The position numbers and the translations under genes are program-made. Below, piece by piece: positions 10,182 through 19,043 of a DNA stretch of 54,622 bases. Position 1 is the first letter of the stretch; every line of letters begins with the position of its first letter. The stretch comes from a virus. Taxonomy: Duplodnaviria > Caudoviricetes. The notes under the pieces are model-generated. The model had not been told where the DNA came from. It did no database searches and worked only from the letters and a program-made list of their open reading frames with translations. Location: IMG/VR virus record IMGVR_UViG_3300017741_000005, positions 1 through 54,622 of that record, one strand, 5' to 3'.

Positions 10182-11264
10182 ATGACTGACGAAAATCAAG
10201 AAGTTGAACTCCACGATGAAGTAACAGACGAAATCGTGGAAGATACTCTCGGAGAGGCGGCACATGGTAGTGTCGCTGCTAAAGGCAAAGCTGGTGACGC
10301 ACAACCAACTGACGAAACAGATTCAAACGCTGCAACTGATAAAGCAGCCGATGGAACGTCACAGGCGAAAGTACCAGGCGGAGTCGCAAATCAGGGCGAA
10401 AAGAAGCCTAAAACAAAAGCAGGAATGATTAGCGCTATGTTCAATAAGATGAACGGCATGTCTAAAGCAGACGTGGAAGGCATGTATCAATCATATCATA
10501 AAGAGTCGGTAGACATGGAAGAAGATGAAGTCATCGCTGAAACCAGTGTTGACACTGCAACCGAACTCGATGCACTAGTCGAGTCTGAAGCTACACTCAG
10601 TGATGAGTTTAAAGCTAAAACTGCTGTGTTGTTTGAAACTGCTCTAAAATCTAAATTGTCTGAAGAAGTAGACCGTTTAGAAGAACAGTATCAAGAAGAA
10701 CTTTCAAGCGAAATCGAACAAACTAAGTCCGAGCTCGTTGAGAAAGTTGATAACTACCTTAACTATGTAGTTGAAACTTGGATGGAAGAAAATAAAGTTG
10801 CAATCGAAAGCGGTCTCCGCACTGAAATTGCTGAAAACTTTATGACCTCACTGAAAGACCTCTTCACGGAGTCTTACATTGAAGTTCCAGAATCCAAAGT
10901 TGACCTAGTAGATGAACTTGCTGAACAAGTAGAAGAACTTGAGACTAAACTCAACGATACTACTCAGAAAGTCATCGACACTACTGGTGAACTGGAAGAG
11001 TATAAAAGAGAGTCAATCATTCGTGAAAACTCTCGTGACCTTGCAGACACTCAGGTCGAGAAGTTAAAAACACTCCTTGCAGATATTGATTTTGACAGTG
11101 AAGAGAAATTTGCTGAAAAAGTTGAAACTGTAAAAGAGTCATACTTCACAAAACAAGTAACGTCTGACGAAGAAATCCTTGATGAAGATACTACTGACAA
11201 CACTGTCGAAATATCTGACTCTATGGACAAATACGTTCAGGCAATCCGTAAAACCGTCAAATAA
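10182..11264 (+). CDS. gp22: Prohead scaffold/core protein gp22
   Basis: Acidic coiled coil; VDNYLNYVVETWMEEN..AIESGLRTEIAENF; KESYF. Confidence 0.95.
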   Translation: MTDENQEVELHDEVTDEIVEDTLGEAAHGSVAAKGKAGDAQPTDETDSNAATDKAADGTSQAKVPGGVANQGEKKPKTKAGMISAMFNKMNGMSKADVEGMYQSYHKESVDMEEDEVIAETSVDTATELDALVESEATLSDEFKAKTAVLFETALKSKLSEEVDRLEEQYQEELSSEIEQTKSELVEKVDNYLNYVVETWMEENKVAIESGLRTEIAENFMTSLKDLFTESYIEVPESKVDLVDELAEQVEELETKLNDTTQKVIDTTGELEEYKRESIIRENSRDLADTQVEKLKTLLADIDFDSEEKFAEKVETVKESYFTKQVTSDEEILDEDTTDNTVEISDSMDKYVQAIRKTVK

Positions 11265-11275
11265 GGAAAAGAAAA

Positions 11276-12592
11276 ATGCAAGTATCCTATGACACTTTGA
11301 TTGAGAAGTGGAGTCCAGTTCTGGATGAAACTTCTGCTGGTGAAATCTCTGATTATCACCGTAAAGCAGTGACGGCTGCTGTATTGGAAAACCAAGAGAA
11401 AGCTCTTCGTGAAGAAGCATCTGCATCCGCAGGCTTTTTGACAGAGGTTTCTGCAAACAATACAAGCTCCGTTGCTAACTTTGACCCAGTATTAATTTCA
11501 CTGGTTCGCCGTGCAATGCCTAACCTCATCGCCTATGATGTGTGTGGTGTTCAACCAATGACAGGCCCAACTGGTCTCATCTTTGCGATGAAATCACGTT
11601 ACGGTTCTGGCACAACTGGAGCTCGTGAAGCTCTCTTCAACGAAGCCGAGACACGTTTCTCAGGTGACTCAGGTGGAACTCATGACTCAGATAACCCATC
11701 TGGTTTTGATTCTGCTAATGGTCTTATCGACTCTGAAGGTGACAGAACAACTGGCATCTTCGCTGGTGGTATGCCAACAACATCTGCTGAAGACCTCGGT
11801 GACGGCGGTTCTTCTTTCAACGAAATGGGTTTCACCATTGAGAAGCAAACTGTGACTGCCAAGTCTCGTGCGCTGAAAGCAGAATACACCATCGAACTCG
11901 CACAAGACCTGAAAGCAATTCACGGACTTGACGCTGAAACTGAATTGGCAAACATCTTGTCAACAGAAATTTTGGCTGAAATCAACCGTGAAGTTATCAG
12001 AACAATCAACACACAAGCCAAAACTGGCGCACAACAAGCAAACACAGCACAGAATGGTATCTTTAACCTTTCAAGTGATGCGGATGGTCGTTGGAGTGTT
12101 GAGAAGTTCAAAGGTCTCATCGTGCAGATTGACCGTGAAGCAAACATCATTGCTAAAGAAACACGCCGTGGTAAGGGTAACGTAATCATCGTCTCTTCAG
12201 ACGTTGCTACTGCTCTCGTGAGTGCAGGTAACTTAGATTATACACCTGCTCTGAATACAAACCTCGCAGTGGACGACACAGGTAACACCTTTGCCGGAAC
12301 ACTCAATGGTCGTATTCGTGTTTATATTGACCCATATGCACAGAACGATTATGTAAACGTAGGTTATAAAGGCACAAACGCTTATGACGCTGGTGTCTTC
12401 TACTGTCCATATGTTCCATTGCAAATGGTCAAAGCTGTTGGTGAAAATGACTTCCAACCTCGTATCGGGTTTAAAACTCGTTACGGTATGGTGTCAAACC
12501 CATTCGTAGGTGCTACACCTTCAAATGGTTTGGCTGCTGTCAAAACAAACCAATACTATCGTATCTTTGGTGTAAGAAACATTCTTACCTAA
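11276..12592 (+). CDS. gp23: Major capsid protein gp23
   Basis: GVQPMTGPTGLIFAM, KSRALKAEYTIELAQDLKAIHGLDAE, FQPRIGFKTRYG motifs. Confidence 0.98.
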   Translation: MQVSYDTLIEKWSPVLDETSAGEISDYHRKAVTAAVLENQEKALREEASASAGFLTEVSANNTSSVANFDPVLISLVRRAMPNLIAYDVCGVQPMTGPTGLIFAMKSRYGSGTTGAREALFNEAETRFSGDSGGTHDSDNPSGFDSANGLIDSEGDRTTGIFAGGMPTTSAEDLGDGGSSFNEMGFTIEKQTVTAKSRALKAEYTIELAQDLKAIHGLDAETELANILSTEILAEINREVIRTINTQAKTGAQQANTAQNGIFNLSSDADGRWSVEKFKGLIVQIDREANIIAKETRRGKGNVIIVSSDVATALVSAGNLDYTPALNTNLAVDDTGNTFAGTLNGRIRVYIDPYAQNDYVNVGYKGTNAYDAGVFYCPYVPLQMVKAVGENDFQPRIGFKTRYGMVSNPFVGATPSNGLAAVKTNQYYRIFGVRNILT

Positions 12593-12640
12593 GTCGGTAT
12601 ATAAAAATAAGAGTAGGGATAACCTACCACATATTTTTAA

Positions 12641-12669
12641 GGGGAGACTTCGGTCTCCCCTCTTTTTTT
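12641..12669 (+). terminator. Intrinsic terminator with cUUCGg tetraloop
   Basis: ggggagac-ttcg-gtctcccc-tctttttt, between convergent gp23 and DUF262-HNH genes. Confidence 0.95.
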
Positions 12670-12670
12670 G

Positions 12671-14029
12671 TCAAGCACTTTTACGAAAATTACATGATGC
12701 GTGAACAGCAGCGCAATTTTCATCTATCGTTGGATTGCCATCTTTATAAAGAAGAATATGGTCACCATGAATATCTTCACCAAATTCAGGCATTTCTTCA
12801 CTACAGATATTACATTTACCATCTTGTTCATAATACGCTTTTCTCACAACATCACGACTAAATGTGCGTTCACTATCAAGTTCAGTAAATTCATAACCAA
12901 TTTTTGTCATCTCGTTTCGCAACATATTCAACGCATCAACGGTATCTGTCACTGTAGTTCCACCCAATTTAAATTGGAATGGTGTTTTATACAAGTCTTT
13001 AGCCCGTAAACTTTTATCAGAAAGATTTTCAACTGCTTGGACATAAACATTCATGAAATTAATCGGGTTAAGACTAATTTTTTCCTTGATATGTTCAGAA
13101 ACAATAACACAGAAATTACGAAATAACTTTGGTGTAATCATCTGTTGCGCTTGAGGAACTCCTCGCAATGCTTGGTTTCCGAAACGCATAAGTGTATCAA
13201 TGTGACGAGAATTGAATTTTTTTTCTTTTCTCGCTGCATGACTGATATAAAAATTATCCATACACTTATTGGTGACTCCTTTAGTCTTGTAATCATCTGT
13301 TGTTGTCATGTAAATAAGTTCGGCAAGGTGTTTATCAATATCGAGTTTCTCGTGTTTAGCCTTAATCAGATATTTCAATACCATGTCATTCTTATCCTTC
13401 GTCTTAAATACTGGATAAGATTTGAAACGTGATTTCTCTTGAACAAAACGTGACATCGGTGAAGAAATCGCCTGACGTTTTTCTTGGGCCTCAAGTTTTG
13501 TTACATTATTAAGAATATTTACGAATAATTCTCCAGCTTCAACGCTACTAATATCTACATAAGTTTGTGCAGTCAGAACATAATTTTCAAAATGTTTTCT
13601 TGCAACTTTAGGAAGTTGTTTGAAATACTTTCCACGAAGGTCATATGTGAATTCATCATTATCATCAAAACTAACACATGCAAGTTCTTCATCATTAGGA
13701 AGAGGAAATCCATTCTCATAGAAAAGTTTACAACTTGTAGAACGTTGTTGACCATCCATTACTTCGCACTTATAGTCTCGTGGAATATCACAACCAAAAC
13801 GAAGCGTCATCTCAGGAATAATAATTTTAGGAATGAAAATTGTTTTTATTAATTGTTGTGAAAATTTTAATGTTGCACGAAAATAACGTTGATATTCTTC
13901 AGGACTCAAATTAATAAGACCACTTGTTGTCAACATCAACAAATCTTTCAATGTGAAATTAATACGGCCGTTGGGGTTTATTACTGATGTGTCCCCACTC
14001 ATCAATGTTTCTAAATCTGATTTAGACAT
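12671..14029 (-). CDS. DUF262 (GmrSD N-terminal-like) plus C-terminal HNH endonuclease
   Basis: YQR and DGQQR motifs, F..LNN..KL...EKRQA; C-terminal CNIC...HGDHI...ENC..VH..CN HNH. Start placed at the ATG after GGAG (14029) rather than 14074. Confidence 0.8.
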   Translation of the reverse strand: MSKSDLETLMSGDTSVINPNGRINFTLKDLLMLTTSGLINLSPEEYQRYFRATLKFSQQLIKTIFIPKIIIPEMTLRFGCDIPRDYKCEVMDGQQRSTSCKLFYENGFPLPNDEELACVSFDDNDEFTYDLRGKYFKQLPKVARKHFENYVLTAQTYVDISSVEAGELFVNILNNVTKLEAQEKRQAISSPMSRFVQEKSRFKSYPVFKTKDKNDMVLKYLIKAKHEKLDIDKHLAELIYMTTTDDYKTKGVTNKCMDNFYISHAARKEKKFNSRHIDTLMRFGNQALRGVPQAQQMITPKLFRNFCVIVSEHIKEKISLNPINFMNVYVQAVENLSDKSLRAKDLYKTPFQFKLGGTTVTDTVDALNMLRNEMTKIGYEFTELDSERTFSRDVVRKAYYEQDGKCNICSEEMPEFGEDIHGDHILLYKDGNPTIDENCAAVHASCNFRKSA

Positions 14030-14118
14030 ACTTATACTCCTATAATTTGTGCTACACTTCACTGTGTCTTGCACGCTTTACTCTGGTCTTCAAACAATAT
14101 GACTTGACCAGTCTTTAT

Positions 14119-14147
14119 AATATATCAAACTATGAAAAAAATGTCAA
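14119..14147 (-). promoter_or_regulatory. Sigma70-type promoter for the DUF262-HNH gene
   Basis: Minus strand TTGACA-N17-TATATT with TG extended -10. Confidence 0.75.
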
Positions 14148-14154
14148 GCGTTTT

Positions 14155-15300
14155 TTATCGAATAATGTCGATTTTTTCTGCATTAACATTCCAAGACTCC
14201 ACCTCTGTTCTGAGACGATTGTCATTCTTTAGAGTCTCGTATCGAGTGGATGCCTTGTTACGCCACCACTCTATCACACCCTCAAGACTGAAACGGTCAT
14301 AGTTTTCTTTCTTGACCAGTGTGTCAGTCTCAAGGTTGAGATACTGTTGCACATTCTCATATCCATAGGTAGAGAAGTAGGAACGTTTCTGTTCAGTAAG
14401 TCCCTTTGCATCAAGGAAGGCCTGACAGAACTTTTTATATGCAGACTCATCGACACTCTTGAGAGAGTTCTTGATTATACTTACCATCTTAGTTTGAGCT
14501 TTTAGTTTTTTAGATGATGCCTGTGGGTCAACGATAGACTTACCATCATTACGTTCAGTAAAGAATGTCATGAGACGGCGATACTTGTCATCATTGATTA
14601 ATGGTGCAAAGTTAGAGTCTGTCAGACCATTATGTCTCAAAAACGGCTTCATACCGTCATACTGAGATGAAGACTTAGTTGACCCATAGAGAGATGTAGT
14701 TTCAAACATACAGATGTTCGCATCATACTTCTTGTTCACAGTTTCTCGTGAATAGTGTGAACAACAGATAGCAGCAAGCAATTTACCACCCAAATAGTTG
14801 AAACCAAATGGTTGGGTTGGAACGATGTTGAACCCCATGATTACTGATTGGTTGAAACGTCTCATTATTTCAGGATTGAGAGTGTCCAGTGGTTTACCCA
14901 GCCAGAGGTTACGAGGACGAGAGTTAATGACAGGAGAACCAAAACGAATCATACCTACAACCATACCTGTATTCTTCTCACGAACAATCCAACAGAGTTG
15001 TTTGCCTGGAATACTTGACTCACAGGGTGCAGATGTGGTAATCTCCATATATTGCATAAACTCTGATTGTGTGGGTTGATACACAGAGAACTCCATATCT
15101 TTGGGATGCATATCGAACTTGTTGAAGATATCCTCTTCAGGCCCCATGCCTGGCAGTGCATTGAACCCACCCATGCGTTCCAACTTGATTGTTCGCATAT
15201 AATCGTCAATACGGTCAAAGTTTGCAAAGAACTCCGTAAAGACATTTGCAGCGTATAGTGCGTCTTCTTTGTTTAAAATCATATTTACCTCATCATTCAT
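14155..15300 (-). CDS. DUF4338 (Druantia DruA-like) domain protein
   Basis: Recognised from PFGFNYLGGKLLAAICCS and FETTSLYG..SSQYD motifs; no search run. Start may be the later ATG with a GAGG SD. Confidence 0.6.
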   Translation of the reverse strand: MNDEVNMILNKEDALYAANVFTEFFANFDRIDDYMRTIKLERMGGFNALPGMGPEEDIFNKFDMHPKDMEFSVYQPTQSEFMQYMEITTSAPCESSIPGKQLCWIVREKNTGMVVGMIRFGSPVINSRPRNLWLGKPLDTLNPEIMRRFNQSVIMGFNIVPTQPFGFNYLGGKLLAAICCSHYSRETVNKKYDANICMFETTSLYGSTKSSSQYDGMKPFLRHNGLTDSNFAPLINDDKYRRLMTFFTERNDGKSIVDPQASSKKLKAQTKMVSIIKNSLKSVDESAYKKFCQAFLDAKGLTEQKRSYFSTYGYENVQQYLNLETDTLVKKENYDRFSLEGVIEWWRNKASTRYETLKNDNRLRTEVESWNVNAEKIDIIR

Positions 15301-15303
15301 TAC

Positions 15304-15396
15304 ATTATATCGTATATAGCATTGAAAGTCAAGGAGAAAAATAATCGCTTTTTATTAAAAAAAGTGCTTGACATTCTCCGTAGAATGTCGTATGGT
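15304..15396. promoter_or_regulatory. Divergent sigma70 promoter pair
   Basis: Minus strand TTGACT(15332-15327)-N17-TATAAT(15309-15304); plus strand TTGACA(15368)-N17-TATGGT(15391). Confidence 0.8.
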
Positions 15397-15419
15397 AAGT
15401 TATAGTCAAGAGAAAGGAA

Positions 15420-15584
15420 ATGATTATGTTTCAGATTCGTCAAGAGAGTAACAATCGTTTAGTCGCTGGTTTCTTTGAAGTCATTGAGACTATTGAGGAA
15501 GCAGAGAAGGTTTTGAAATACTTTCAAGACCGTATTGAAGAGAAATTGATTATTGTTGAAATAGCTGTTGAGGAGGCTGCCTAA
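15420..15584 (+). CDS. Small early hypothetical protein (54 aa), not in ORF track
   Basis: AAAGGA SD; MIMFQIRQESNNRLVAGFF...EEAA*; stop overlaps the next ATG. Confidence 0.7.
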   Translation: MIMFQIRQESNNRLVAGFFEVIETIEEAEKVLKYFQDRIEEKLIIVEIAVEEAA

Positions 15585-15808
15585 TGAATTATACTGAACT
15601 ATTTGAAACCACATTTTTGTTTAAAAGATTTGACCCACTTGATATGGACAATCCATATGTAGAGAAAGAAGTTCGTATCGTTGATATCCTTGATGGGCCT
15701 GGCGCAGACCGCCGTGATTATGTTGTAGTCGAAGGTCTAGAAGATTATGAGGTAGATATGCCCCTTGAGAACTTCTTGAAAAACACTCGTGTGAAAGAAA
15801 ACGCTTGA
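15584..15808 (+). CDS. Hypothetical protein
   Basis: GAGGAGG SD, TAATG coupling. Confidence 0.7.
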   Translation: MNYTELFETTFLFKRFDPLDMDNPYVEKEVRIVDILDGPGADRRDYVVVEGLEDYEVDMPLENFLKNTRVKENA

Positions 15809-15833
15809 CATCATCTGTTTGATTTGGTAATGT
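15805..15833 (+). promoter_or_regulatory. Sigma70-type early promoter
   Basis: TTGACA-N17-TAATGT with TG extension. Confidence 0.65.
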
Positions 15834-15860
15834 AAGATATAACTTGAGAAAGGACTTGTT

Positions 15861-16043
15861 ATGAAATACGAAGTAAATATCACTGGTAAAACAAAAGACA
15901 CCATTGTCTTTGAGACCGCAAAAGAAGCCGTGAAGTATGTTCTTACCGAACTACATGATGTAGGGTTCACCGTTGATGGTCGGACTTACGAAGAGAAGTT
16001 CGAAGAAATCACTTGGGTTGGTAAAGGAGAGGTTATAGCATGA
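15861..16043 (+). CDS. Hypothetical protein
   Basis: AAAGGA SD; follows the promoter. Confidence 0.7.
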   Translation: MKYEVNITGKTKDTIVFETAKEAVKYVLTELHDVGFTVDGRTYEEKFEEITWVGKGEVIA

Positions 16044-16312
16044 ATTATGTAACAGGTAATTTTGATGTGTGTGGAACTTATCTTCAAGGAACAGTCAATA
16101 CATCTTATGATAGGTTAGTCAATTTGTTTGGTGAACCTATCACTAGAAGTGATGATAAAGTTCAAGTAGAATGGGCAGTCAAGTTCGATGATGGAACTCT
16201 TGCCACAATCTACGATTGGAAGGAAGATACAAATCCTTCTGGTGTCACAGAGTGGCACATTGGTGGTTTTTCACAAGCCGCAGTTTATAATGTAATTGAT
16301 GAGGTAATATAA
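16040..16312 (+). CDS. Conserved small phage protein (GT.LQG...EW...F.DG..ATIYDWK...WHIGG type)
   Basis: GGAGAGG SD, ATGA overlap; motif pattern common in phage early regions. Confidence 0.75.
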   Translation: MNYVTGNFDVCGTYLQGTVNTSYDRLVNLFGEPITRSDDKVQVEWAVKFDDGTLATIYDWKEDTNPSGVTEWHIGGFSQAAVYNVIDEVI

Positions 16313-16473
16313 TGAGACTTGGAAAATATTTTGTAGAGGTTGACACCTCTGTCACTGGTGAAAAAGTAGAAGGTTACTACTTTCGCATCAAAGAAGACCG
16401 TGACGCTCGGATTGAGGAGTTGGTCAATGAATATGGTGTTGAGGTAATCAATGCTATCGGAGATTATCAATGA
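16312..16473 (+). CDS. Small hypothetical protein (53 aa), not in ORF track
   Basis: GAGG SD, TAATG coupling; MRLGKYFVEVDTSVTG...GDYQ*. Confidence 0.65.
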   Translation: MRLGKYFVEVDTSVTGEKVEGYYFRIKEDRDARIEELVNEYGVEVINAIGDYQ

Positions 16474-16595
16474 TTGATTATAATCGTCTTATAAGTAATG
16501 CAGAGAGGGCTTTTCAGTCCTCTCAGTCCGAGTGGGCAAAAGAATACTGGTTGGAAGTCATTACAAAGTTAGCACAAAATGTTGACAAGAACTGA
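16470..16595 (+). CDS. Small hypothetical protein (41 aa), not in ORF track
   Basis: GGAG SD, ATGA overlap; MIDYNRLISNAERAFQSSQSEWAKEYW...*. Confidence 0.65.
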   Translation: MIDYNRLISNAERAFQSSQSEWAKEYWLEVITKLAQNVDKN

Positions 16596-17697
16596 TATAG
16601 TTCAGTTTCAAGAGAAAAAAATATTAGAGAAGTTCGGTATGTCAATATCGGACTTTACTAATAAAGTTCCTTTTTCGGGAAAGGAAACTCTGTCGTGTCT
16701 CAATATAGGTTACCCACCTGTGATTGGTTTTACGAGTGGAACGACCACGCAGACTAACATCAACTATTGGAATACAAACTATTTCAATGAACAGATGTCT
16801 CGTGATTGGTATCATCAAGGACTTCGAGAAGGTGATTACATTATCATCTTTGGTCTTTCTACTCGTGGTAGTATGAGATACTCAATGTCGATGTATGAGG
16901 AGAATGGTGTCATTCCTATCTTCATTCCTCATCATCCCAAATATATTCCAGAAGTCATTGAAGCAATAAAAAAGTATAAACCAAAAGTCTTCAATCTATT
17001 ATCTAATCCCATGATTATGGCCTTCGAGAATTATTTCGAGAAGAACAACATTGACCCTGTTGAGTTGTTCTCTTGTTTTGATTTGTTTCACTTCGGGGGT
17101 GAACACATGTCAGACCGATATAAAGAACTCGTGAAGTCTTGGCAGATTGACATCATTGAATGCACATCTGTCGGTGACCGATATGCGGCATTTGAATGTA
17201 AAGAAAAAAATGGTTTTCATGTGTATGAGGATTTACTTTTCATAGAAACCATAGATGATGAAATGGTAGTGACATCCCTGTATGATACACCCGAACCTTT
17301 TGTTCGTTTCAAAACAGGGGATATCATTAAGAAATATGATGATGTATGTGAGTGCGGTTCATCCCATATGCGTTTCGAGGTTCTAGGACGTAAGACATAT
17401 CAGGTAAAATTTCAGAACAAATCACTCTTTCCTCTTGATGTTCAGAGGATTGTTGAGACAATACCCGAAACTCGTTCAGGTGTATTTCAAATAAAAAGAC
17501 CACGCAAAGGTGCAAATGTTATAGATATAATTGTAGGTTACGAAAAAGATAAACTTAATCGTAACTTATCTGAATTAAAAAATGAACTAGAGTCTAAGAT
17601 TGTTAGTTCACTAAGTATACCAAATTGTGTAGAATTAGTTGAGGCTAAAACTATATTACAAAACAATCCACTACACAAGGTTAAGAGGGTAATATGA
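16579..17697 (+). CDS. Phenylacetate-CoA ligase (PaaK/CapK)-like adenylate-forming enzyme
   Basis: P-loop FTSGTT, GGE, RFKTGD...CECG...VLGRK motifs of the PaaK-like ANL family. TATAAGTA late-promoter variant at 16490. Confidence 0.8.
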   Translation: MLTRTDIVQFQEKKILEKFGMSISDFTNKVPFSGKETLSCLNIGYPPVIGFTSGTTTQTNINYWNTNYFNEQMSRDWYHQGLREGDYIIIFGLSTRGSMRYSMSMYEENGVIPIFIPHHPKYIPEVIEAIKKYKPKVFNLLSNPMIMAFENYFEKNNIDPVELFSCFDLFHFGGEHMSDRYKELVKSWQIDIIECTSVGDRYAAFECKEKNGFHVYEDLLFIETIDDEMVVTSLYDTPEPFVRFKTGDIIKKYDDVCECGSSHMRFEVLGRKTYQVKFQNKSLFPLDVQRIVETIPETRSGVFQIKRPRKGANVIDIIVGYEKDKLNRNLSELKNELESKIVSSLSIPNCVELVEAKTILQNNPLHKVKRVI

Positions 17698-18026
17698 AAG
17701 CAGTATTTCTAACAAAAGAATATAATGATACTGATATAGAAGAACAAAAAAATATACTTGAACAAAGTTTTCATACTTTCTTTGATGAGATACATCGTTC
17801 TCCTGTTCTGATTGTATCAAACTTTGCAAGTGGTCACATAGTAATGCCTTTGGAGATTGCTCTTTTTGAAAACAATATTAGTTATGGTAATTGGGAAAGT
17901 GAACCATGTGACTATGATGGACTGAATCAGGTCATAATTCAAAACAGTATAAAACATATTTTTTGTGACCGACATGTTGATGTAAATCTTATAAATACAG
18001 ATAACGTAAAAGTTTATAGGATTTAG
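17694..18026 (+). CDS. Hypothetical protein coupled to the ligase
   Basis: ATGA overlap with the upstream gene; no recognisable motif. Confidence 0.6.
   Translation: MKAVFLTKEYNDTDIEEQKNILEQSFHTFFDEIHRSPVLIVSNFASGHIVMPLEIALFENNISYGNWESEPCDYDGLNQVIIQNSIKHIFCDRHVDVNLINTDNVKVYRI
17990..17997 (+). promoter_or_regulatory. T4 late promoter TATAAATA for gp3
   Basis: Exact consensus, 30 nt before the gp3 ATG. Confidence 0.8.
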
Positions 18027-18027
18027 T

Positions 18028-18564
18028 ATGGCAATTGATACCACAACTATCAAGACGCAGATATTGGATGAAGAACTCACCAGTAATCTGAACTATCTAC
18101 AACCAACAGGTTTTCGTGTCACGATTGACCGAACAAGATATCCCAACTTAGAATATTTTGTTCAGTCTGTCAATCATCCAGGCGCAACCATGACACCTGT
18201 CGAACTCCCTGTTCGTAGAATTACGTCTGTTCCGATAGCCGGTGATAACGTTACATTTGGTGAGGTTTCTTTCTCACTGATACTTGATGAGAATCTTACT
18301 GGTTATCAGGAAATGTTCAATTGGATTGTTCGTATCGCAAATGAGGGTCAAGTATCTCCTATTCAACGAGATACTAGAAATCCGACATATGCTGACATCA
18401 CATTATCAATTCTTTCAAGTCACAACAATGGTGTGAAAAAAATTAGATATCTAAATTGTATTCCTACTTCGGTTGGTGCAATTACATTCCAATCAACTTC
18501 TGGTGCAACTGATTATCTCACATTTGACGTTTCATTCCGTTTCTCTCAATTCGAATTTGTTTGA
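18028..18564 (+). CDS. gp3: Tail tube terminator/completion protein gp3
   Basis: NYLQPTGF...PNLEYFVQSVN.PG, DENL..Y.EM.NW, D.TL.ILSS.NN; gp3-uvsY-uvsW synteny. Confidence 0.88.
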   Translation: MAIDTTTIKTQILDEELTSNLNYLQPTGFRVTIDRTRYPNLEYFVQSVNHPGATMTPVELPVRRITSVPIAGDNVTFGEVSFSLILDENLTGYQEMFNWIVRIANEGQVSPIQRDTRNPTYADITLSILSSHNNGVKKIRYLNCIPTSVGAITFQSTSGATDYLTFDVSFRFSQFEFV

Positions 18565-18589
18565 CTTTTAACTCACGTTCTGATATAAT
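18561..18589 (+). promoter_or_regulatory. Sigma70 promoter for uvsY
   Basis: TTGACT-N17-TATAAT with TG; the ATG lies 7 nt past the end of the -10. Confidence 0.85.
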
Positions 18590-18595
18590 TATATT

Positions 18596-19042
18596 ATGAT
18601 TGATTTAGAAACTATTCTTGCGGAGTGGAAAGAAGACTCCGAAATATCCAAACATCAATTAGACGAGACCTCTCGTGTAACTCCTGCATTGCATTCCAAG
18701 TATCTTGAGTATTTGTCACTGACCAAACTACGTCTGAAGAAGGCCGAGTTCAAACAGAAAGAACTTCTCAAGGATAAGTGGTTATACTATAATGGTAAGA
18801 TGGATGAGGAGACTATTCAAAGTAAGGGTTGGTCACCTGACCCCTTTAATGGTCTGAAGATACTCAAAGGTGAGATGGAACACTACTATGATAGTGACCC
18901 TGAGATACAGGAGTCGGAGATGAAAATCCAGTATCTTAAAACGATTATAGATACTCTTGAACAAATTATAAACAATCTAAACTGGCGACATCAAACGATT
19001 GGTAATATGATTAGATGGAGACAGTTCGAATCGGGAGTGTAA
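18596..19042 (+). CDS. uvsY: Recombination mediator UvsY
   Basis: W..DS.I....LDE.S...P.LHSKYL, KWLYY.GK, I.NMI.WR.F..G motifs. Confidence 0.93.
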   Translation: MIDLETILAEWKEDSEISKHQLDETSRVTPALHSKYLEYLSLTKLRLKKAEFKQKELLKDKWLYYNGKMDEETIQSKGWSPDPFNGLKILKGEMEHYYDSDPEIQESEMKIQYLKTIIDTLEQIINNLNWRHQTIGNMIRWRQFESGV

Positions 19043-19043
19043 A

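Noticed and set aside
8933-11264. DS motifs in gp67-like and gp22 as part of the proposed sequon
   Set aside because: These are D/E/S-rich internal scaffold proteins, so DS is expected by composition.
16503-16525. Inverted repeat gagagggc...gtcctctc as a terminator or ncRNA
   Set aside because: It lies inside a plausible 41-aa ORF (16470..16595) and has no U tract.
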